From NCBI GenBank assembly GCA_027485485.1, contig JAIXQY010000219.1, positions 1 to 51,617 of the forward strand: 51,617 nt of DNA, read 5' to 3'. Positions 18,316 to 30,763 of the stretch are shown one piece after another (within the stretch, counting starts at the first letter, position 1; each line of letters begins with the position of its first letter). This DNA comes from Sphingomonadales bacterium (lineage in GTDB: Bacteria; Pseudomonadota; Alphaproteobacteria; Sphingomonadales; Sphingomonadaceae). The position numbers were made by a program, and so were the translations under genes. The notes under the pieces were generated by a model that made no database searches, had not been told where the DNA came from, and saw only the letters and a program-made list of their open reading frames with translations.

Positions 18316-21300
18316 TCAGAACTTCACCTGCACGCCGCCATAGAAGAAGCGGCCGGTGTTGGGGAAGATAGCCGAACCGGCGCCGTCACCCAGCACCAGA
18401 TCGAGCGGTGGCAGCTGATCGAAGATATTGTCCACACCGGCATAGACCGAAATGTCCTTATAAACCTTCGCGGTGAAGCGCAGATCCGAATAGGTGACGG
18501 CCGGATAATATTTGTCCGGCACCACGTCGGCGTTGGTCACCGGGCGGCCCTGTTCGATGTGCTGCGAGGCATAGGCACCGGCAACCGTCATGTTGTGGAC
18601 ATAACGGAAGCTGTAGAGCAGATCGAAGCCCTTGTAGCCCAGGGTGATGTTGGCCTGACCGTTCCATTCCGGGTTGCCCAGGGTGGTTCGCTCGCGGGTC
18701 AGTTGGGTCGGTTGCGTCAGCGAGGTGAACAGGTTGCGCTGGCCCAGCCACGAGATCAGCACGCGGGTGTTCAGGCGCCAGTCTTCACCGAACTTGTGGT
18801 TGTAACCCATGTCGAGATCGATACCGCTCGTCACCTGGCGGGCATAGTTGAAGGCGCCCTGCACGAACGAGATGCCGTTGCCGGTGGTCGGGAAGCCAAC
18901 TTCCCGGCCATCTGCAAGCCGAACATTGCTCTGGCCGCGGAAGGTGCCATCCGGGTTGCGGAAGATGGCGGCGCAGAAGGTGTTATTGATGCCGCCCGGA
19001 TCGTCATAGCACTGGTTGATGACGGTCTGTGCACCCACGGTGAGGATCGCCTGGCTCAGCGAGATGCGATACCAATCCAGCGTGGCGGTGAAGCCCGGCA
19101 GGAAGGACGGGGTGAACACCGCGCCCAGGGTGATCGAGTCCGACTTTTCAGCGAACAGGCCGGGGTTGCCGCCCGACACGCCGGAAATGCCCGACACGGT
19201 GCGGTTGGTGAACGGCTCAGTTATGCCAAGGAAGGTCTGAGTGGTGGGCACACCGGCTGCGCGGCAGTTGGCAACGCGGTTGGGGTTGCTGTTTATGTTC
19301 TGCTGGCCGCAGGGATCAGCCAGACCATTGAGGAAGGTCTGCGACTGCGCCGAGAACAGATCGCTCTGCGTCGGTGCACGGATGGCGCGGCCATAATTGG
19401 CGCGGATGCGGATGTCGCTGATCGGCTGCCACACGCCGCCCACGTTGTAGGAGGCGACGGTGCCGGTGGTGCCGCTGCTGTAGTTCGAAACACGGCTGGC
19501 GGCTTCGAGGGTCAATTCCTTGAAGAACGGCAAGTCCTTCAACAGCGGGATGCGGATTTCGCCAAAGGCTTCCCACACGTCCAGCTTGGGCGGGTTGAAG
19601 ATGGCGATGGAGTTCAGGAAGGTCGCGCCGCTGCGGGTGACATCATCGAATGCCGAGAAGCTGCGCTCCTGTCGCCATTCGCCGCCGACCGAGAAGCCAA
19701 CCGGGCCGCCGGGCAGTTCGAACAGCTTGCTCAGATCGCCGCTGACGTTGGCGATGACGTTGAACTGCTCAGCCCACTGCTTGCGGCTGGAGACATGTTC
19801 GATATAGGCCAGCGCCGCTGCCGACGGCGAACCCAGGCCGAACATGTTGAGCGGACGGCAGGCCGGATCATCGTTGGCGGCATTGGTGTCGGTGTTGATC
19901 GAGCAGACGATGTTGCCGGCCGTGTCACGCACCGCGTTCACCGCGTTGGTAAAGCGGGCCAGATGCACGTTGCCGCGCGTCTGGTAGAAGGTTTCGGTGC
20001 GGCCATAGTTGGCGGCAACGTTATAGCTCCACGTGTCCATGAAGCTGCCCTGGGCGCCGACAACGGCGCGGAACAGTTCGCGGCTGTGGTTTTCACCGCG
20101 GCCACCGAAATCGATGTTGAAGCGCTGCATGGTGAAACCGGTGGCACCCGGCGCCAGGCTGGTGACCAGCAGATCACGGGCCTGGGTGGTGAGGAACGGG
20201 TTGTTGATCGAGAAGGTCGGGTTCAGCGCGCCGGAGGAGAAGGTCGGCTGGCCTTCCTGCAGCGATTCGGTGCGCACCCACTTGGCTTCGAAATAGGGCC
20301 GGAACGCATCGGCCACCTCAAAGCTGCCGATCAGATTGGCGGCATAGCGGGTGTTGCCGATCTGCATCACGCCGGTTTCACGCAGGGTGGAGCCAAGACC
20401 GCCGATGGCGTTGCCCGAACCGGTCGGCCGGAAATCCTTCTCCACCACGTTGCGGACGAGATTGCCACCGGGCTGGAACACGAACACATTGCCGATTTGA
20501 ACGGGCGTGATCGGGTTCTGGTTGAAAAGGCCGGAACAGTTCAGCGTGGCCCGCGCACCGGGCGCAACACCATTGCAGACCGAGGTGTAAGCACCGCCGG
20601 TGGAAATGCCGATGTTCTTGATACCACGGGTGAACTGGTTGTCGATGATGCCATCACCGGCCGGGCCTTCGGCGGTGGGCTGGCCGTTGACGATCGGGCC
20701 GGAGAGCGAGGTGTCCTGCTGAAGCTGGAATACAGCGCGGCCGGTGACTGCACCGGTTTCCGGGCGATCGGCGAAGAACAGCGGGTCGCTCTTGTTATAC
20801 TCCACCGACATGGCGATGTTGCCGCGGCCATCGGCGAAATTCTTGCCGGCCGTGATGGTGGCCAGATACTGGTTGGAATCACCGCGCGACGAGGTGCCAG
20901 CCTGAACCCGGCCGGTGAAGCCTTCGAAATTGCGCTTCAGCACGAAGTTGACGACGCCGGCGACGGCATCGGAACCATAGACCGACGAGTTGCCGCCGGT
21001 GACGATGTCCACGCGCTCGATCAGGTCAACCGGGATGGTCGACACGTCAACCGTGTTGGCGCCGGGCTGCGAGGTGACATGGCGCAGGCCGTTCTGCAGC
21101 ACCAGCGTGCGGGCGGTGCCCTGGCCACGCAGATCGAGGATCGACAGACCGGCGGTGCCGATGAAGCGGCCGCTGTTCTGGCTGGTGAAGGTGGGGCGGA
21201 ATTGCGGCAGCAGCGCAATACGGTCACCCACGTTGACCTGGCCGTTCTGCAGCAGTTCGGCCGCGCTCAGCGAGGTGATCGGCACCGTGGCATCGATGTT

Positions 21301-21462
21301 CTGGCGCGCGATGCGCGAGCCGGTCACGATCATCATCTCGGTGGCGGCCTCTTCGGCAGCACCTTCGGCAGCAGCGGTCTTGGTGGTTTGATCTTCGGCA
21401 GCAAACGCCGGCGACGCGGCAAGGGCCAGGGCGGATGCCCCGGCAAGAATGAATGAACGCAT
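18316..21462 (-). CDS. TonB-dependent outer membrane receptor
   Basis: Signal peptide MRSFILAGAS…AFA, IVTGSRIAR, plug motif IERVDIVTGGNSSVYGSDAVAGVVNF and terminal Phe (GVQVKF). Confidence 0.95.
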   Translation of the reverse strand: MRSFILAGASALALAASPAFAAEDQTTKTAAAEGAAEEAATEMMIVTGSRIARQNIDATVPITSLSAAELLQNGQVNVGDRIALLPQFRPTFTSQNSGRFIGTAGLSILDLRGQGTARTLVLQNGLRHVTSQPGANTVDVSTIPVDLIERVDIVTGGNSSVYGSDAVAGVVNFVLKRNFEGFTGRVQAGTSSRGDSNQYLATITAGKNFADGRGNIAMSVEYNKSDPLFFADRPETGAVTGRAVFQLQQDTSLSGPIVNGQPTAEGPAGDGIIDNQFTRGIKNIGISTGGAYTSVCNGVAPGARATLNCSGLFNQNPITPVQIGNVFVFQPGGNLVRNVVEKDFRPTGSGNAIGGLGSTLRETGVMQIGNTRYAANLIGSFEVADAFRPYFEAKWVRTESLQEGQPTFSSGALNPTFSINNPFLTTQARDLLVTSLAPGATGFTMQRFNIDFGGRGENHSRELFRAVVGAQGSFMDTWSYNVAANYGRTETFYQTRGNVHLARFTNAVNAVRDTAGNIVCSINTDTNAANDDPACRPLNMFGLGSPSAAALAYIEHVSSRKQWAEQFNVIANVSGDLSKLFELPGGPVGFSVGGEWRQERSFSAFDDVTRSGATFLNSIAIFNPPKLDVWEAFGEIRIPLLKDLPFFKELTLEAASRVSNYSSGTTGTVASYNVGGVWQPISDIRIRANYGRAIRAPTQSDLFSAQSQTFLNGLADPCGQQNINSNPNRVANCRAAGVPTTQTFLGITEPFTNRTVSGISGVSGGNPGLFAEKSDSITLGAVFTPSFLPGFTATLDWYRISLSQAILTVGAQTVINQCYDDPGGINNTFCAAIFRNPDGTFRGQSNVRLADGREVGFPTTGNGISFVQGAFNYARQVTSGIDLDMGYNHKFGEDWRLNTRVLISWLGQRNLFTSLTQPTQLTRERTTLGNPEWNGQANITLGYKGFDLLYSFRYVHNMTVAGAYASQHIEQGRPVTNADVVPDKYYPAVTYSDLRFTAKVYKDISVYAGVDNIFDQLPPLDLVLGDGAGSAIFPNTGRFFYGGVQVKF

Positions 21463-21487
21463 GGAGAGCCCCTCTTTGCGGATGTGA

Positions 21488-23701
<2,214 letters not shown>

Positions 23702-23721
23702 TCAAACTGCGTGAAAGCGGC

Positions 23722-23795
23722 TGGATGCCCCGCGAGGATTCGAACCTCGATTAACGGAGTCAGAGTCCGGAGTCTTACCTTTAGACGACGGGGCA
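23722..23795 (-). tRNA. tRNA-Gln(CTG)
   Basis: Minus strand tgccccgtcgtctaaaggtaagactccggactCTGactccgttaatcgaggttcgaatcctcgcggggcatCCA. Confidence 0.95.
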
Positions 23796-23962
23796 CCAAT
23801 GGCTGTGGCGGGGCATCTAGCCGGGTGGTGCGCCACGGTCAACACCTGCCACCACCACGATGATTGCGTTTATATGTCAATCCGGCTAGCCTGTATGCAG
23901 GTTCTGCTGCGGCATCGGCATCTTGCGGGTGGCCAAGGCAGGGAAAGACACTGGACTTGCCG

Positions 23963-25078
23963 ATGCCGGCCCGAATTGACTCTGCCCGTGGGCCCGCGCG
24001 CCCGCCGGATTCCCGTAATGGAAGCGCAGTTCAGCGCGGCCCGGCCGCTCACGGCCATGCCCAGCCCGGCCCGTCCCAGCCCGGCCATGCCCCACAACGC
24101 CGCAGCCGCAGCTATGGCGCGCTCGATCTGGGCACCAACAATTGCCGCCTGTTGATTGCCCGGCCGTCGCCGGATGGCTTCACCGTGGTGGATGCCTATA
24201 GCCGGGTGGTGCGGCTGGGCGAAGGGCTGTTGGAGGCCGGGCGGCTGTCCGATGCCGCGATGGATCGCACATTGGCGGCGCTGGCCAGCTGCGCCGAAAA
24301 GCTCGCCCGCCGCGATGTGCGTCTCACCCGCAATGTCGCCACCGAAGCCTGTCGCCGCGCCAGCAACGGCCTGGCCTTTGTGGAGCGCGTCTATCAGGAA
24401 ACCGGCATCGCGCTTGATGTGATCAGCGCCGCCGAGGAGGCGCGGCTGGCCGTTCTGGGCTGCCATATGCTGATCGACACAGCGGGCCCGCCGGCGCTGG
24501 TGTTCGATATTGGCGGCGGATCGACCGAACTGATGCTGGTGGCGCCGGTTGGCCGCGATGGCCAGCCCGATATCCTCGACTGGATTTCCATGCCCTGGGG
24601 CGTGGTGAGCCTGGCCGAGACCGAGCCGCAATGGCCCAGCCCGGAAGGCCGCATGGCCGGTTATGACCGGATGCTGGGGCAGATCTGGCCATGGCTGGAC
24701 CGCTTTGCTGCCCGGCTGGCGGCACGCGGGGTGAGCGATGTGCAACTGTTGGGCACGTCCGGCACCATCACCACATTGGCCAGCGTGCAGCTGGGCCTGC
24801 CCGGCTATGACCGGCGCCAGGTGGATGGCTGCGCCGTGCCGGGGTCCGAATTGGCGGCGCTGTGCCGATCGATCGGGTTGCGCAGCACGGCGGAACGGGC
24901 GCGCATTGCCTGCGTCGGGCCGGATCGCGCCGAACTGATCGTGGCGGGCTGCGCCATATTGGAAGCCATATTGACGCGCTGGCCCGGCGGGCAGGTGCGG
25001 GTGGCCGATCGCGGTATCCGCGAGGGCATTTTGCGCACGCTGATGGCGCGCGATGGAACATGGATGCGCGCGCAATGA
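23963..25078 (+). CDS. ppx: Ppx/GppA family exopolyphosphatase
   Basis: ALDLGTNNCRLL, VATEACR, FDIGGGSTE and DRGIREG. Start uncertain. Confidence 0.9.
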   Translation: MPARIDSARGPARPPDSRNGSAVQRGPAAHGHAQPGPSQPGHAPQRRSRSYGALDLGTNNCRLLIARPSPDGFTVVDAYSRVVRLGEGLLEAGRLSDAAMDRTLAALASCAEKLARRDVRLTRNVATEACRRASNGLAFVERVYQETGIALDVISAAEEARLAVLGCHMLIDTAGPPALVFDIGGGSTELMLVAPVGRDGQPDILDWISMPWGVVSLAETEPQWPSPEGRMAGYDRMLGQIWPWLDRFAARLAARGVSDVQLLGTSGTITTLASVQLGLPGYDRRQVDGCAVPGSELAALCRSIGLRSTAERARIACVGPDRAELIVAGCAILEAILTRWPGGQVRVADRGIREGILRTLMARDGTWMRAQ

Positions 25079-25770
25079 CGATTGGCGATGCCTCTGGTGG
25101 TGGCCGTTCGCGTGGCGGCAAGGTGAAGGTGAAAACCGCCCGCCGCCGCAGCCCGCAATCCACCCGCTGGCTGGAACGCCAGCTGAACGATCCCTATGTG
25201 GCCGCGGCCCGGGCGCAGGGCTATCGCAGCCGGGCGGCGTTCAAGCTGAAGGAACTGGACGAACAGTTCAGCCTGCTGGCCGGGGTGGACCGCGTGGTGG
25301 ATCTGGGTGCGGCGCCGGGCGGCTGGTGCCAGGTGGTGAAACAGAAACGGCCCAAGGCGCGCGTGGTCGGCATGGATCTGCTCGCCATCGAGCCGATGGC
25401 CGGCGTGGAGTTTTTCCAGAAAGACATCACCGATGATGACAGCGAAGCGCTGATCCTCGCCACGCTTGGCGGCCCGGCCGATCTGGTGATGAGCGACATG
25501 GCCGCCAACACCGTGGGCCACAAGCAGACCGATCATCTGCGCACCATGGGCCTGATCGAAGCCGGGCTGGACATGGCGACCCGGCTGCTGCGGCCGGGCG
25601 GGACGTTTCTCGCCAAGGTGCTGGCCGGCGGCGGCGATGGCCAGTTGACGGCGGCGCTGCGCAGGGAATTCACCACGGTGAAACATGTGAAGCCGCCCGC
25701 CAGCCGCAAGGGCAGCAGCGAATGGTATGTGGTGGCGCAAGGCTTCAAGGGGCCTGTTGCACCAGAGTGA
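25075..25770 (+). CDS. rlmE: 23S rRNA Um2552 methyltransferase
   Basis: YRSRAAFKL, DLGAAPGGW, VMSDMA and KPPASRKGSSEWY; ATGA overlap with ppx. Confidence 0.95.
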   Translation: MTIGDASGGGRSRGGKVKVKTARRRSPQSTRWLERQLNDPYVAAARAQGYRSRAAFKLKELDEQFSLLAGVDRVVDLGAAPGGWCQVVKQKRPKARVVGMDLLAIEPMAGVEFFQKDITDDDSEALILATLGGPADLVMSDMAANTVGHKQTDHLRTMGLIEAGLDMATRLLRPGGTFLAKVLAGGGDGQLTAALRREFTTVKHVKPPASRKGSSEWYVVAQGFKGPVAPE

Positions 25771-25888
25771 CAGTGTGTGGCAGCCTGCCGCACTTGGCTG
25801 TTGCCAGCCGCGATTTTGGCTGGCAATCAACCGCTTGGTATAGCCGCTGGCGGCGGCAGTGCAGACAAACGCGATTGATGGGGCAGGG

Positions 25889-26863
25889 ATGACGGCGCGG
25901 CAACCGGCGGAATGGGCGAAGCACAGCGCCACCTGGACAGCATTTCCCTCTCACGCCGAGCTGTGGCAGGAGGATCTGGAACCGGCCCAGGCCGAAGTGG
26001 CTGCGATGGTGCGCGCCATTGCCACCGGCGAACGGGTGGAACTGCTGGTCGCCAATGACGAAGCCGCTGCCGCTGCCCGCGCACTGCTGGGCGATGCGAA
26101 TGTGCGCCTGCATCATTATGGCTTTGGCGATATCTGGCTGCGTGATACCGGCCCCTTGTTCATGGCCAGCCCGCATGGGGCAGCAGCGGCGGGGTTCCGC
26201 TTTAACGGCTGGGGCGGCAAATATGATCTGCCCGGCGATGCGGGCGTGGCGGCCTTCATCGCGGCGGAATGCAAGCTGCCGTTGGCCCGGCATGGCTGGG
26301 TGCTGGAAGGCGGCGCCATCGATGTGGATGGCACCGGGCTGGTGGTCACTACCGAACAATGTCTGCTCAATCCCAACCGCAACCCCAAGATGGACCGCCA
26401 CGAGGTGGAAAGCCATTTGCGCCGCGATCTGGGGCTGGATCGGGTGTTGTGGCTGGGCCAGGGCCTGATGAACGATCACACCGACGGCCATGTCGACAAT
26501 CTGGCGCGGTTCGTCGCCCCCGGCCGGCTGGCGCTGCCGGTGGCGGCGGGCAGTGATGATCCCAACAAGGATGTGTTTGACGACGCGTGGGACCGCGCCC
26601 GCGAGTTCGGGCTGGATATCGTGCCGGTGCCATCGCCCGGCAAGGTGGAGGTGGACGGCCGCATCGTGCCGGCCAGCCACATGAATTTCTATATCGCCAA
26701 TGCCGTGGTGGTGGTCCCGCTCTATGGCAATGCCAGCGATGAGGATGCGGTGAAGGCCATTGCCGATTATTTCCCCGATCGCCAGGTGGTCGGCCACCGC
26801 GCTGACCATATCCTCACCGGCGGCGGCAGCTTCCACTGCATCACCCAGCAGCAGCCCAAATAA
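25889..26863 (+). CDS. aguA: Agmatine deiminase
   Basis: PAEW, DIWLRDTGP, LEGGAIDVDG, DHTDGHVD and GGGSFHCITQQQP. Confidence 0.94.
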   Translation: MTARQPAEWAKHSATWTAFPSHAELWQEDLEPAQAEVAAMVRAIATGERVELLVANDEAAAAARALLGDANVRLHHYGFGDIWLRDTGPLFMASPHGAAAAGFRFNGWGGKYDLPGDAGVAAFIAAECKLPLARHGWVLEGGAIDVDGTGLVVTTEQCLLNPNRNPKMDRHEVESHLRRDLGLDRVLWLGQGLMNDHTDGHVDNLARFVAPGRLALPVAAGSDDPNKDVFDDAWDRAREFGLDIVPVPSPGKVEVDGRIVPASHMNFYIANAVVVVPLYGNASDEDAVKAIADYFPDRQVVGHRADHILTGGGSFHCITQQQPK

Positions 26864-26866
26864 AAG

Positions 26867-26921
26867 CCCTCTCCCGCTTGCAGGAGAGAACGGCGAGCCG
26901 CAAGCGAGCCAGGTGAGGGAA
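26867..26921. repeat. Degenerate half of a REP-like palindromic element
   Basis: ccctctcccgcttgcaggagag…aggtgaggga resembles the arm of the 6094-6206 element. Confidence 0.5.
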
Positions 26922-26983
26922 GTTGCTGCCCGAAAAGGCCGCTCATCTTCCCCCTGCCACATTCGTGCGCTAGGGGCGAAATC

Positions 26984-27847
26984 ATGACCCGCACTCTCAC
27001 CGTCGCCGGCCTGCAACTGGCCTTTTCCGGCAATCGCGATGCCGATATCGCGATGACTGCCGCCGCTGCCCGCGCCGCCGCCGAAGGCGCCGATGTGGTG
27101 TTGCCGCCCGAATTGTTCGAAGGCCATTATTTCTGCCGGCATGAGGATGAAGGCCTGTTCGCCAACGCCCTGCCGCTCGACAAGCACCCGGCGGTGGCCG
27201 CGATGCGCGAGGTGGCGCTGGAAACCAGGACCTATATCCCCTGCTCTTTCTTCGAGAAGGATGGCCATCATCATTACAACAGCCTGGCCATGATCGATGA
27301 TGGCGGCAACGTGATGGGCGTCTATCGTAAGAGCCATATTCCCGATGGTCCGGGATATGAGGAAAAATTCTATTTCCGGCCCGGCAACACCGGCTTCAAG
27401 GTGTGGCCAACGCCCAAGGGCGTGATCGGCGTGGGCATCTGCTGGGACCAATGGTATCCGGAAACCGCCCGCGCCATGATGCTGATGGGCGCCGATGTGC
27501 TGCTTTATCCCACCGCCATCGGCACTGAACCACATGATCCCGATCTCGACACCCGCCGGCTGTGGCGCCGGGCAATGGTGGGCCATGCCGTGTCCAACGT
27601 GGTGCCCGTGCTGGCCTGCAACCGCATCGGCACTGAAGAGGCCGGCACGCGCCACGCCCAGACATTTTACGGCACCAGCTTTGCCTGCGACCAGCGCGGC
27701 GACATTGTGCATGATCTGGATGACCACACCCTCGGCGTGGTGCGGGCAAGCTTCGATCTCGGCCTCGCCGCCCGCCACCGCGCCGCCTTCGGCTTCTTCC
27801 GTGATCGCCGGCCCGATCTTTATGGGCGGCTGGCGCAGGATATCTGA
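26984..27847 (+). CDS. aguB: N-carbamoylputrescine amidase
   Basis: Nitrilase triad (PELF, YRKSHIPDGPGYEEKFYF, GICWDQW); adjacent to aguA. Confidence 0.95.
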   Translation: MTRTLTVAGLQLAFSGNRDADIAMTAAAARAAAEGADVVLPPELFEGHYFCRHEDEGLFANALPLDKHPAVAAMREVALETRTYIPCSFFEKDGHHHYNSLAMIDDGGNVMGVYRKSHIPDGPGYEEKFYFRPGNTGFKVWPTPKGVIGVGICWDQWYPETARAMMLMGADVLLYPTAIGTEPHDPDLDTRRLWRRAMVGHAVSNVVPVLACNRIGTEEAGTRHAQTFYGTSFACDQRGDIVHDLDDHTLGVVRASFDLGLAARHRAAFGFFRDRRPDLYGRLAQDI

Positions 27848-27854
27848 GGGCGCT

Positions 27855-28241
27855 TCAAAGCGTTTCGATAGGCACTGGCGCGCCATCGGCATCGGCAGCG
27901 ATGCCCTTGTCGAAGGTGGCAAACGCATCCGCCCCGCCCGACAGCGCCAGATGCAGCATGTCGGCAAAGTCGGCGCCTTGGGCGGTCTTTTGCAGGGCGA
28001 ACAGAACGGCAGCCCGATCTGGCACCAGCAGCGTGGGCAGATCAAGCAGGCGGGAAAGTGCCGCTATCGCCACGGTGCGTGACAGCCGGTGCGGCATGCA
28101 GAGCAACCAATAGGCTTCCATGAAAACACCGGGCAGCACGATGGCCGGTTCGGCAAGCAGCTGGCGTGCGACCGGCGATTGAACCGGATCGTCCATCAAA
28201 ACGGCCCGGGTAATGACGTTGGTGTCGAGCGAGCGCGGCAT
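27855..28241 (-). CDS. vapC: PIN-domain toxin (VapC family)
   Basis: LDTNV, internal E, DFADMLH and TFD acidic residues; 1-nt overlap with the upstream antitoxin. Confidence 0.88.
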   Translation of the reverse strand: MPRSLDTNVITRAVLMDDPVQSPVARQLLAEPAIVLPGVFMEAYWLLCMPHRLSRTVAIAALSRLLDLPTLLVPDRAAVLFALQKTAQGADFADMLHLALSGGADAFATFDKGIAADADGAPVPIETL

Positions 28242-28537
28242 CAGCCGGCGCTGGAACGGGTATTGTTGTCAGCCGCAATCAACATCTGCACGGCGAAGGC
28301 TCTGGCCTCGGCATCGTCGATTGGCGTGATGTGGCTGTTGGCCACAATCGCATCGATGCTGGCAAAAACGTCCGCCGCGCTTATGCCGGTGGTGGCCGCC
28401 GCGATGGCGCGCATGAAGACGCCCGCGCCAGATTCGACCAGCTCGATCTGGTCACCGGCCTTCCAGCCGTGCCTGTCGCGCACCGATTTGGGCACCACCA
28501 ACTGGCCCTTGGACGACAATTTGGAGATGGCGTTCAT
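28241..28537 (-). CDS. AbrB/MazE/SpoVT-family antitoxin
   Basis: SKLSSKGQLVVPKSVRDRHGWKAGD is an AbrB-fold signature; lies upstream of the PIN gene. Confidence 0.88.
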   Translation of the reverse strand: MNAISKLSSKGQLVVPKSVRDRHGWKAGDQIELVESGAGVFMRAIAAATTGISAADVFASIDAIVANSHITPIDDAEARAFAVQMLIAADNNTRSSAG

Positions 28538-28552
28538 GCCGGTAAGATAGGC

Positions 28553-29197
28553 TTACCCGGCCGCCAGTGCAACCGCCGCCACCAGCGCCGCCTTGAACAT
28601 CTCCGGCGTCAGCAGCCCCGTGTTGATGTTCAAGCGGCTGCAATGATAACTGTCCACCAGCGTGATGCCCGATGGCAATTTGTGCGCCACGCCGTGGCCA
28701 AAGCGATATTTGGGCAGTTTGCCGCCGATTGCCTTGATTGCGGCCTGGTGGGCGGTTTCGCCCAGCGCCACCACCACTTTCAAATTGGGCAAGGCCGCCA
28801 GCTGCTGCGCCAGATAAGGGCGGCAGGCGTGTTTCTCGCCCGTGTCGGGCAGGTTGCCGGGCGGGGCGCAGGCCACGGCGTTGGTGATGAACAGGCCGGG
28901 CGCGTCCCAGGCTTCAGGTGTTTCGCTGGCCAGGCCCAGTTCGGCCAGCGTGCCAAACAACAGCTTGCCGGCTTCATCGCCGTGAAACGGCTTGCCGGTG
29001 CGGTTGGCGCCTTTCAGGCCGGGGGCAAGGCCGACGATGGCCATCCACGCCGCAGCATCGCCCAGCGGCGGCACCGGTGCGTTCCACCATGTCGCATGGC
29101 GGGCCTGTTGTTCGGCGCGATAGGCCACTAGCCGCGGGCACAGGGCGCAATCGCTGGGCGGGGTGCCGGGGTGGGCGATGGGAGTCTCGTCAGTCAT
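28553..29197 (-). CDS. Uracil-DNA glycosylase (family 5 / UdgB-like, Fe-S)
   Basis: CALCPRL, VGLAPGLKGANRTGKPF and SYHCSRLN motifs. Confidence 0.9.
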   Translation of the reverse strand: MTDETPIAHPGTPPSDCALCPRLVAYRAEQQARHATWWNAPVPPLGDAAAWMAIVGLAPGLKGANRTGKPFHGDEAGKLLFGTLAELGLASETPEAWDAPGLFITNAVACAPPGNLPDTGEKHACRPYLAQQLAALPNLKVVVALGETAHQAAIKAIGGKLPKYRFGHGVAHKLPSGITLVDSYHCSRLNINTGLLTPEMFKAALVAAVALAAG

Positions 29198-29226
29198 GCG
29201 CCAAGCCTGTAGGGGCTGGCGCCAAT

Positions 29227-29715
29227 ATGGCAATCACGCTCATCGCGCTGGGATCGAATCGCTGCCACGGTCGCCATGGCCGGCCGGCCGGCGTGTTGCG
29301 CGCTGTGCTGGCCGAGTTGGCGCTGCTGGCCCCGGTGCTGCGCGTCAGCCCGCTGTTTGACACGGCGCCGATCGGGCCGGGCAGCCGGCGTTATGCCAAT
29401 GCGGTGGCCGCCATCGATTGGCCCGGCGCACCGGCCAGCCTGCTCGGCGCGCTCAAGGCCATGGAGCGGGAGTTTGGCCGGCGGCCGGGCCAGCGCTGGG
29501 GCGATCGGGTGCTGGATCTGGATATCATCGCCAGCGAGCGGCTACGGTTGCACACGCGGCGGCTGACCGTCCCGCACAGGCATCTGGCGCAACGGCGGTT
29601 CGTGCTTGATCCGTTGGTGACGGTGGCGCCCGAATGGCGGCACCCAGCCAACAATCTGACGGCAAGACAGTTGCGCGCGCGGCTGCTTCGCCCTAAAGGC
29701 CTGCCCCGCGCCTGA
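29227..29715 (+). CDS. folK: 2-amino-4-hydroxy-6-hydroxymethyldihydropteridine pyrophosphokinase
   Basis: IALGSN, YANAV, RWGDRVLDLDII, LTVPH and RRFVLDPL. Confidence 0.92.
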   Translation: MAITLIALGSNRCHGRHGRPAGVLRAVLAELALLAPVLRVSPLFDTAPIGPGSRRYANAVAAIDWPGAPASLLGALKAMEREFGRRPGQRWGDRVLDLDIIASERLRLHTRRLTVPHRHLAQRRFVLDPLVTVAPEWRHPANNLTARQLRARLLRPKGLPRA

Positions 29716-29737
29716 TGCGCGCGCCCCAGGATCATGG

Positions 29738-29814
29738 GGGTCCTTAGCTCAATCGGTCAGAGCGCCCGCCTTTTAAGCGGTAGGTTTCGGGTTCAAGTCC
29801 CGAAGGACCCACCA
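29738..29814 (+). tRNA. tRNA-Lys(TTT)
   Basis: gggtcct/aggaccc acceptor stem, ccgc-ctTTTaa-gcgg anticodon arm, GGTTCAAGTCC T-loop and encoded CCA. Confidence 0.95.
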
Positions 29815-29914
29815 CCCTTGCAATACGATATCAGCAACACGCCAACCGGTGACCCATTGCGCCGCAAAGGCTGGCATGATGTCATGGCAGGCAAGGCAGG
29901 GGGAGCCAGAGATC

Positions 29915-30706
29915 ATGCCATTATCCGACTATAGCTGCAGCCCATTCACGGCGGGGCCCTACACACGGCCGGTCTATCGCCGGGGTGCCGGCCCGGCCGT
30001 GATCGTCATCCACGAGGTGCCGGCACTGCACACGCTGGTGATCGATTTTGCCGATCGGCTGGCCGCAGCGGGGATGACGGTGTTCTGCCCCAGCCTGTTC
30101 GGCACACCGGGTTCGGTGCCCACCAAGGCGGCGGCGGTGAAGCAATTGTTCCTCAACATCTGCATCCGGCGGGAGTTTTCGGCCTGGTCTGATGGTCGCT
30201 CCAGCCCGATTGTCGATTGGCTGCGGGCGCTGGCGAAACAGGCGCATGATGAATGTGGCGGGCCCGGCGTGGGCGCCATCGGCATGTGCTTCACCGGCGG
30301 CTTTGCACTGGCGATGATGACCGAGCCCAGCGTGATCGCCCCGGTGTTGAGCCAGCCCAGCCTGCCCATCCGCGGCGCCAGGACGGGCAGTATCGATGCC
30401 ACGCCGGCCGAAATCGCCTGCGCCCGCCGCCGGTTCGAAGCGGAAGATCTGTCGCTGCTCGCCCTGCGCTATCGGTCGGATGCGCTGGTGCCCGATGCCC
30501 GGTTCCGCCGCTATGAACGCGAATTTCCCGGCCGGGTGGAAAGCATTGAACTGGCTGACGAAGACGCGCGCGCCGGCACCGGCATGGCGCCGCACAGCGT
30601 GTTGACCGTGCATCTGCCCGAAGCCGGCCCCGGCAAGGCCGCCGAAACCCGGGTGATCGCCTTCCTGCAACAGCGGCTGGGCCTGACGGGCAGCATGGCC
30701 CCTTGA
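29915..30706 (+). CDS. Dienelactone hydrolase family protein
   Basis: VIVIHE, GAIGMCFTGG nucleophile elbow (Cys), Asp in SDALVP and His in HSVLT. Confidence 0.88.
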   Translation: MPLSDYSCSPFTAGPYTRPVYRRGAGPAVIVIHEVPALHTLVIDFADRLAAAGMTVFCPSLFGTPGSVPTKAAAVKQLFLNICIRREFSAWSDGRSSPIVDWLRALAKQAHDECGGPGVGAIGMCFTGGFALAMMTEPSVIAPVLSQPSLPIRGARTGSIDATPAEIACARRRFEAEDLSLLALRYRSDALVPDARFRRYEREFPGRVESIELADEDARAGTGMAPHSVLTVHLPEAGPGKAAETRVIAFLQQRLGLTGSMAP

Positions 30707-30763
30707 TTGCTGGCCCGAGTGCCGGCACAGCGGCGGCGCCTTTCAAACCACGGGACTCCATTG

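Noticed and set aside
18559-21456. 965-aa plus-strand ORF
   Set aside because: Antisense shadow of the TonB-dependent receptor. High-GC codon bias keeps the opposite frame open, and it has no recognisable motifs.
24050-24095. Short repeats (ggccatgccc / ccagcccggcc) at the ppx 5' end
   Set aside because: Tiny low-complexity duplication in a disordered N-terminus, with no evidence of function.
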